Part shown: positions 58,783-64,000 of the stretch, in pieces
How the letters are laid out: each line of letters starts with the position of its first letter
How positions within the stretch are numbered: position 1 is the first letter of the stretch
The notes under the pieces: generated by a model
Seen by the model: only the letters and a program-made list of their open reading frames with translations
What the model was told of the DNA's origin: nothing
Databases searched by the model: none
Origin: Candidatus Forterrea multitransposorum CG_2015-17_Forterrea_25_41
GTDB taxonomy: Archaea; Iainarchaeota; Iainarchaeia; Iainarchaeales; CSSED10-239
Assembly (NCBI GenBank): GCA_009392915.1
Contig: CP045477.1
Span: 480,001 to 544,000, forward strand
Direction of reading: 5' to 3'
DNA length: 64,000 bases
Position numbers and translations under genes: made by a program

Positions 58783-60006
58783 ATGAGTTTTGAAAAATAT
58801 AAACATTTGTTAGATTTAACAATTAAAAATATCTTCAGAAGAAGATTAAGATCAATATTAACAATTATAGCTGTAGTTATTGGAATTGCAACTATTGTTT
58901 CTCTTTTTTTAATAAGTGATGGTTTATTTAATTATGTTGAAGATGTTTTTATGACAATGGGAATAAATACAGTTTTTATTTTTCCTATAAGCTTTCAAGG
59001 AGGTCCTACTCAAAGTATTAGTAGAATTACAGAAGATATAATGATAACAGAAAAAGATCTTAAAATAATTGAAAGAATTGGAGAAATAGATTATGCTATA
59101 GGTTTTTCTTTTAGAACTGCAAAAATAGAATATAGAAATGAAGAAATATTTCAGTTTGCAATAATGCTGGATCCAAAGCTTGCTGATAAAACTTTTGAAA
59201 TTATGGATATTGATTTAAGAGAAGGAAAATCTTTACAAGGAAGAATCGCTTATGAAGTTGTAATTGGACCTTATTTTGCAGATAATCTTTTTAAAGATCC
59301 AATAAAGGTAGGACAAAAAATAAAAATACAAGATAAAGAGTTTAAAGTTATTGGAATTTTAGAACCAGTTGGTAATCTTGCAGACGATTCTCAAGTCTAT
59401 ATTACTTTAGATAAAGGAAGAGAAATATTTGAAATTGGAGATACTATTGATCAAATATATGCAAATGTTAAAGAAGAATATGATCCTTTAGAAGTACAAG
59501 AAGAAATTGAAAAAAGACTTGAAAAAGAACATGGTAAAGATAAATTTTATATAATTACTGCAAAACAAGTACTTTCAATTATTAAATCAGTGCTTGGATT
59601 ATTAAAAGTAATTTTAGTATCTATTGGTTTAATTTCAGTTGTTGTTGGAAGTATTGGAATCATGAACTCAATATATACATCTGTTATTGAAAGAACAAAA
59701 GAAATTGGTATTTTAAAATCATTAGGTGCAAAGAGAGAAGATATTTATTTTATATTTACAATTGAATCTGTTATTCTTTCTTTATTTGGAGGAATTATAG
59801 GTTTAGGACTAGGGATAGGAATTGCAAAAGCTGTTGAGTTTTATGCAACAAGTCAAGGTTTTCTAACTCTAAAAATAGTTATAGGTTGGCAAATTATATC
59901 ACTTGCTTTAATTGTATCAATAGTTGTTGGTTTAATATCTGGTCTTTTGCCTTCAAGAAAAGCTTCTAGAATGAATGTTGTTGAAGCACTAAGAAATAAC
60001 TTTTAA
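58783..60006 (+). CDS. Second FtsX/MacB-family ABC permease
   Basis: Same architecture. Conserved IMNSIYTSVIERTKEIGILKSLGA. Confidence 0.75.
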   Translation: MSFEKYKHLLDLTIKNIFRRRLRSILTIIAVVIGIATIVSLFLISDGLFNYVEDVFMTMGINTVFIFPISFQGGPTQSISRITEDIMITEKDLKIIERIGEIDYAIGFSFRTAKIEYRNEEIFQFAIMLDPKLADKTFEIMDIDLREGKSLQGRIAYEVVIGPYFADNLFKDPIKVGQKIKIQDKEFKVIGILEPVGNLADDSQVYITLDKGREIFEIGDTIDQIYANVKEEYDPLEVQEEIEKRLEKEHGKDKFYIITAKQVLSIIKSVLGLLKVILVSIGLISVVVGSIGIMNSIYTSVIERTKEIGILKSLGAKREDIYFIFTIESVILSLFGGIIGLGLGIGIAKAVEFYATSQGFLTLKIVIGWQIISLALIVSIVVGLISGLLPSRKASRMNVVEALRNNF

Positions 60007-60040
60007 GATAACTTTATAATTATTACTATAGTAAATATAT

Positions 60041-60526
60041 TTGAATAATTACAAATTGGTAAAAAATATGATTAATGAAAAATTAATTGAAATAATTAAT
60101 GATTTAAAAAATAAAAGATTATCAGATATTGAAATAATAGATATTTTACTTTTAAATAATTATAATATTGATGAAATTAAAGAAAATTTAACACATTATA
60201 ATGAAATCCATGGATATAATAGTCTTAACTATATAGATAAATATGAAAAAATCCAAGGTAAAAAATTCTTTGATAATAATGAAAGACTTGAAGAAACTAA
60301 TGAAGAACCATCTGTTAAAAAAGAAGTAGTCAAAGAAAATAAAAAAGAAGAAATAAAAGAACCAGTAAAAGAAATTAAAAAAGAAGTTTTAAAAGTTGAA
60401 AAAGTAAAAAAGAAAATGAAAATTGGAGATTTTATTGGTCTTCTTGCAATTGTTATTTTACTTGCATTTATTATTTATGTAATTTTAAACTATGATGTAA
60501 TTGGTAAATTAAAGGCAGCATTATAG
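60041..60526 (+). CDS. Small protein: UBA-like N-terminal domain, Lys/Glu-rich linker, C-terminal TM anchor
   Basis: LSDIEIIDILLLNNYNIDEIKENL resembles the N-terminal domain of 17557..19170. C-terminal hydrophobic helix. Confidence 0.3.
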   Translation: MNNYKLVKNMINEKLIEIINDLKNKRLSDIEIIDILLLNNYNIDEIKENLTHYNEIHGYNSLNYIDKYEKIQGKKFFDNNERLEETNEEPSVKKEVVKENKKEEIKEPVKEIKKEVLKVEKVKKKMKIGDFIGLLAIVILLAFIIYVILNYDVIGKLKAAL

Positions 60527-60622
60527 TTTATTAATTTCTAAAAAAGATTATGTTTTTAAAGTTATAGTATATATATTATTTATATATAGTCTATTTTTTT
60601 AAAAACTAGATTAACATATAAA

Positions 60623-60695
60623 GCCTCTATAGCTCAGTGGCTAGAGCGGCAGTCTTGTAAACTGTAGGTCGAGGGTTCAAATCCCTCTAGAGGCT
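60623..60695 (+). tRNA. tRNA-Thr (anticodon UGU)
   Basis: Hand-folded. Acceptor GCCTCTA/TAGAGGC, D arm GCTC/GAGC, anticodon arm GCAGT-CUUGUAA-ACTGT, T arm GAGGG-TTCAAAT-CCCTC. A TATA-like atttatatata sits ~35-45 nt upstream. Confidence 0.8.
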
Positions 60696-60767
60696 TCTTT
60701 TTATTGGGTTATAGCTATTTCACTTTTTTTGTACGCTTTTTAATCTTTTCTACACTAATAAATATTT

Positions 60768-61487
60768 ATGGATAATAAGTATTTAAAATATATAAATAAT
60801 TTTGTTGAAACTGATTTTAAAATTCCAAATGAATTTAAAAATAAAAATATGTTTGGATCACTAAAAAACTTTCATAAGGGATTAGATCCAGAAACTATAT
60901 TACGAGGACTAATTCAATTAATACCTGCAGGTGGATTGATCGAAAAATATTTGTTTGCTAATAAAGATAAAAATGAAATAAAAAAAATTTATTATTTTTT
61001 GTATTGTTATTATATACAAATAAATAAAATAATTGAGGATAATAAAAATAAAATTGATCAAAAATATTTAAAAACAGAACAATTTTATAATTTATTTAAA
61101 CAATGTATTGAAAAAATAAGATTTGAAACTGAAATTAGTAAAATTCAATTATTTAAGAATTTTCTAATTAATGCAAGTATTTTAAATAATAAAAATATAG
61201 ATAAAGAATATATTTTATCAAAATTAGATAATATTTCTTTAAATCATTTTGAAATAATAGACTGGTATTATAAATATAACTACATTATAATTACAGGGAT
61301 TGGTTCCGAATACGATCAAAATAAAAAAAAAATTAAATTAAAATATTCTTATTTTGATTCTTATGAAAATGATTTAGCAACAATTGGTTTTTTAAATAAA
61401 ATTAATGGATTAGGAAGTGTTGAACGATATTATTTAACAAAATTAGGACTTGATTTTTATAATTTTATAAAATATGATGATTTGTAA
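60768..61487 (+). CDS. Hypothetical protein (cargo of the candidate element), no recognisable family
   Basis: Track ORF. Extremely AT-rich codon usage. Confidence 0.3.
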   Translation: MDNKYLKYINNFVETDFKIPNEFKNKNMFGSLKNFHKGLDPETILRGLIQLIPAGGLIEKYLFANKDKNEIKKIYYFLYCYYIQINKIIEDNKNKIDQKYLKTEQFYNLFKQCIEKIRFETEISKIQLFKNFLINASILNNKNIDKEYILSKLDNISLNHFEIIDWYYKYNYIIITGIGSEYDQNKKKIKLKYSYFDSYENDLATIGFLNKINGLGSVERYYLTKLGLDFYNFIKYDDL

Positions 61488-61527
61488 AAATAATATCTAT
61501 GATTTTCATAAATTATTGTTTTAATTT

Positions 61528-61986
61528 TTAATAGTCTGGATTATACTTTTTAATTAATTTAGATTTTATTAATTCAATTATAAATAAAGCAATAAAAAAA
61601 TAAATTATTAATTCTATAGTAAAACTATCTCGTAAATTTATGTCGTTAAAATTGGCAAGTATTTTTGATATTAATTGTATTGATGGAATAATAAATAAAG
61701 AAAATACAATTGTAATAAATAGATTTTTATTTTTTGAACTTATAAAGCTAATATTTTTTAGCGAAAATGTTTTATATATTCTTTTAAATAAAAAAACTAG
61801 TATGCAAAGATACATAATAAAAATAATAATAATAGCAATAACTTCTTTAAATTCTGGAAATAAAACCGGAAACTTTTCATTTAAAATTATATGAATCATT
61901 GCTAAATAATATAATCCAAAATAAGATAATAAAATAATAGGTTCAAAAAAATTCTTTTTAAATTTGATTAAATTTTCTAATTTCAC
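61528..61986 (-). CDS. Small membrane protein (4 TM)
   Basis: Hydropathy. Ends 5 nt downstream of the cas1 stop. Confidence 0.3.
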   Translation of the reverse strand: MKLENLIKFKKNFFEPIILLSYFGLYYLAMIHIILNEKFPVLFPEFKEVIAIIIIFIMYLCILVFLFKRIYKTFSLKNISFISSKNKNLFITIVFSLFIIPSIQLISKILANFNDINLRDSFTIELIIYFFIALFIIELIKSKLIKKYNPDY

Positions 61987-61990
61987 ATTT

Positions 61991-63172
61991 TCACCAATTA
62001 TTCACAATTTCTTCAATATTTTTATTCATACTAAAAGGTTTATTTACTCTTGCATTCTTTTTAAGATAAAATAATGTGCCTTTTGATAAACCTTTATTCT
62101 TCCAATCAACATAAGATATATTTAATATCTTATTTCTAATTTCTTCTGTATCTTTCCTTTCTAGTTTATGTTTAGGTTTTGTAAAATCTATGTTTTTCGA
62201 TTTTTTCTTTAAAAAGTTAGATAGTTCTCTTGTTTTTAATAATATTAAATAATGAAAGTTTACTTTATCTCCTTTATATAATATCTTATGATTAAAATGT
62301 TTATTAATACTTTCTAAAACCTTTTTAGCTCCAGAAGATCTTAACCTTAAATTATAGTTTTCTGTTCTTATAAAATCCTTATCATTAATCAAATTATTCT
62401 CAATTAAATCTAAAACTGCAAGATCAACTAAATATCTAAATGGTTCTTGCATATCATAAGCTAAACTATTCTTACCATTTTGCTTTTCATGTAAAAAACC
62501 TATGTGTCTATCAAGACCAATAGAATTTATTGATTTTAAAATCTCTGCTTCTAATATAGCATATCCATAATTAAGCATACAATTAAATTGATCTCCAGTA
62601 CCTTTAGCTTCTTTCTTATATTCTCTACCTTCAAATTCATATTTTTTAGGTATAATCTTAATAAATTGTTTCCAATAATGAGAAGCAATTCTACCTTCTG
62701 ATAATAAAATATCTTGAATTGTATTTGATTTCTTAAATAATTCTAGCTCTTTACTAAAATTATTATCAATTACTGAATATCTTTCTTTTAGATAATCTAA
62801 AACTAGTTGTTGTTTTTCAAATTTAGCTTCAACAAACTTTTTAGCTAAATTTAATCTTTGAATTGAATAATCATAAGCTTTATATTGTTCAAACTTAGCT
62901 TCTGAACCTATATTCTTATATGGTAACATACTAGTAAGTAGTTGTCCATCCCAATTTAGAAAGCTAACTTGAACATAGTGTTTCATTAACCATCTAATAG
63001 CATCTAAAGTTAATTCTCCCGACCTACCATATATTACTATATGATCAATATTCATTTTTCTTGGAGAGTATACTAATGTTTCATTAACTAAATCAGTTTG
63101 ATGTTTAATTATTAGTTTTGCTTTATCTACTCTTAGGTTAATTCCATAACCATCTAATAACAATATTTTCAT
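61991..63172 (-). CDS. cas1: Cas1-family integrase, stand-alone (casposase-like: Cas1 core plus ~60-aa C-terminal HTH-like extension)
   Basis: Conserved Cas1 motifs: N-terminal MKILLLDGYGINLRVD, LLSEGRIASHYW (catalytic Glu), and NCMLNYGYAILEAEI…GLDRHIGFLHEKQNGKNSLAYDMQEPFRYLVD (His and Asp-x-x-Glu cluster). C-terminal LSKGTLFYLKKNARVNKP is HTH-like. 393 aa versus ~300-330 for CRISPR Cas1. Confidence 0.75.
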   Translation of the reverse strand: MKILLLDGYGINLRVDKAKLIIKHQTDLVNETLVYSPRKMNIDHIVIYGRSGELTLDAIRWLMKHYVQVSFLNWDGQLLTSMLPYKNIGSEAKFEQYKAYDYSIQRLNLAKKFVEAKFEKQQLVLDYLKERYSVIDNNFSKELELFKKSNTIQDILLSEGRIASHYWKQFIKIIPKKYEFEGREYKKEAKGTGDQFNCMLNYGYAILEAEILKSINSIGLDRHIGFLHEKQNGKNSLAYDMQEPFRYLVDLAVLDLIENNLINDKDFIRTENYNLRLRSSGAKKVLESINKHFNHKILYKGDKVNFHYLILLKTRELSNFLKKKSKNIDFTKPKHKLERKDTEEIRNKILNISYVDWKNKGLSKGTLFYLKKNARVNKPFSMNKNIEEIVNNW

Positions 63173-64000
63173 AAAATCTCACTTTCGGATTTTTTAATAT
63201 TTAATAATTTATTAACATTGTATCTTATTTGTAGAATTAAATCAGTTTGTCTTGTTAAACCATTAAAATTAAATTTTTGTTGTAATTTATATAAGTCTTC
63301 TCTATGATTATGTATGTAATTAGTGATATATTTAACAGAATATGTATGTTTAACATAATCTTCATTTTCATTTATTAAATCATCTTCCAATTGTATTAAT
63401 ACTTGTTTATCATCATAATGTGCTAATAAATAAAGTATCCATCTTTTTAGATTTGAAAATTCACTATCATATTTATTATATTTTTCCAGTAATTTTTTTA
63501 ATATAGTTCTAAATTCAGTTTGATTTATAACTTCTATATTATTTTCTAAAATTAATTGAACTAGTGTGTAACCAACAGAATTAATTAATTCTTTATCATT
63601 TATATTTAATTTAAGTATATTAATAAGATCATCAACGTTTTTAGCATAAATTAAATCATCTCTATATAAACTAATATCTCTTAATATTAACATTTTATTT
63701 TTTTCCGATTTTTCTTTACTTAACTCCTCTAATCTATTATTAATATATTGAATAATTTCTTTATTTTGTTTTAATCCAATGTACACAATCCTATTATCTT
63801 TTTCTATAATATCATAAACAGAATATTCGTCTTTAGTAATTTTAATTAATTCTTTACTATCTATAAAATGTTGTATATGTCTAACTGCTGTTGGTTTACT
63901 ACATTTATAATTATCCATTATAAAATTAATTAAATCAGTTTTAGGAACGAAAATTTTATCTCTTATAAATTTACTTATTTTAGGAATATCAATTTTAACC
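63169..64000 (-). CDS. Hypothetical protein, partial (open to the window end), overlaps the cas1 start by 4 nt
   Basis: The track ORF starts at 63918, but the frame stays open upstream to position 64000 (…VKIDIPKISKFIRDKIFVPKTDLINFIMDNYK…). Confidence 0.35.
   Translation of the reverse strand, partial: VKIDIPKISKFIRDKIFVPKTDLINFIMDNYKCSKPTAVRHIQHFIDSKELIKITKDEYSVYDIIEKDNRIVYIGLKQNKEIIQYINNRLEELSKEKSEKNKMLILRDISLYRDDLIYAKNVDDLINILKLNINDKELINSVGYTLVQLILENNIEVINQTEFRTILKKLLEKYNKYDSEFSNLKRWILYLLAHYDDKQVLIQLEDDLINENEDYVKHTYSVKYITNYIHNHREDLYKLQQKFNFNGLTRQTDLILQIRYNVNKLLNIKKSESEIL

Larger units (their letters stand above)
60696..64000. mobile_element. Candidate integrated element (casposon-like or other Cas1-solo island) abutting the tRNA-Thr 3' end and truncated by the window end
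   Basis: A tRNA 3' end is immediately followed by unknown ORFs and a stand-alone Cas1 with a C-terminal HTH. There is no Cas2, no CRISPR array and no other cas gene in 64 kb. The far boundary, TIRs and TSD are not visible. Confidence 0.3.

Overview
This 64 kb window is very AT-rich and looks like archaeal chromosome, probably from a small-genome DPANN-like archaeon. It is densely coded on both strands. Supporting signals are archaeal-type AspRS, SerRS and LeuRS, an SMC protein, an aCPSF-like beta-CASP RNase, an NMD3-like protein, a Bud23-like methyltransferase, a prepilin peptidase with FlaJ- and FlaI-like genes, Kef, TrkAH and P-type ATPase transporters, an MscS channel, and a MacB/FtsX-type ABC system with COG1361-like surface proteins.

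RNA genes are a 23S rRNA on the minus strand with no 16S or 5S gene beside it, and three tRNAs: Arg-CCU, Met/Ile2-CAU and Thr-UGU. The 23S gene is flanked by a perfect 16-bp processing stem. A dual-guide C/D box sRNA at 34227..34287, missed by the ORF track, has guides matching the two universal methylation sites 23S Um2552 (present in this window) and 16S Cm1402.

The most interesting findings:
1. A stand-alone Cas1 at the 3' edge has a C-terminal HTH extension, no Cas2 and no CRISPR array anywhere in the window. It lies just downstream of tRNA-Thr and fits a casposase or Cas1-solo integrative element truncated by the window.
2. A type IV pilus/archaellum-like operon (1220..8362) has a FlaI/ArlI-family ATPase that has lost its Walker A motif. 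That gene also carries a roughly 630-aa low-complexity N-terminal extension with 45-nt tandem repeats.
3. A long RelA/SpoT-family protein has a degenerate HD motif, an intact synthetase motif and a TGS domain, which is unusual for archaea.
4. A Bud32/RIO-like small kinase gene is frameshifted at an A8 homopolymer.
5. A 26-nt sequence is exactly duplicated in the promoter-proximal regions of two unrelated genes.
6. An extremely acidic 64-aa protein sits beside an extremely basic 23-aa microprotein.

Many products are assigned by motif recognition without database searches, and confidences reflect that.
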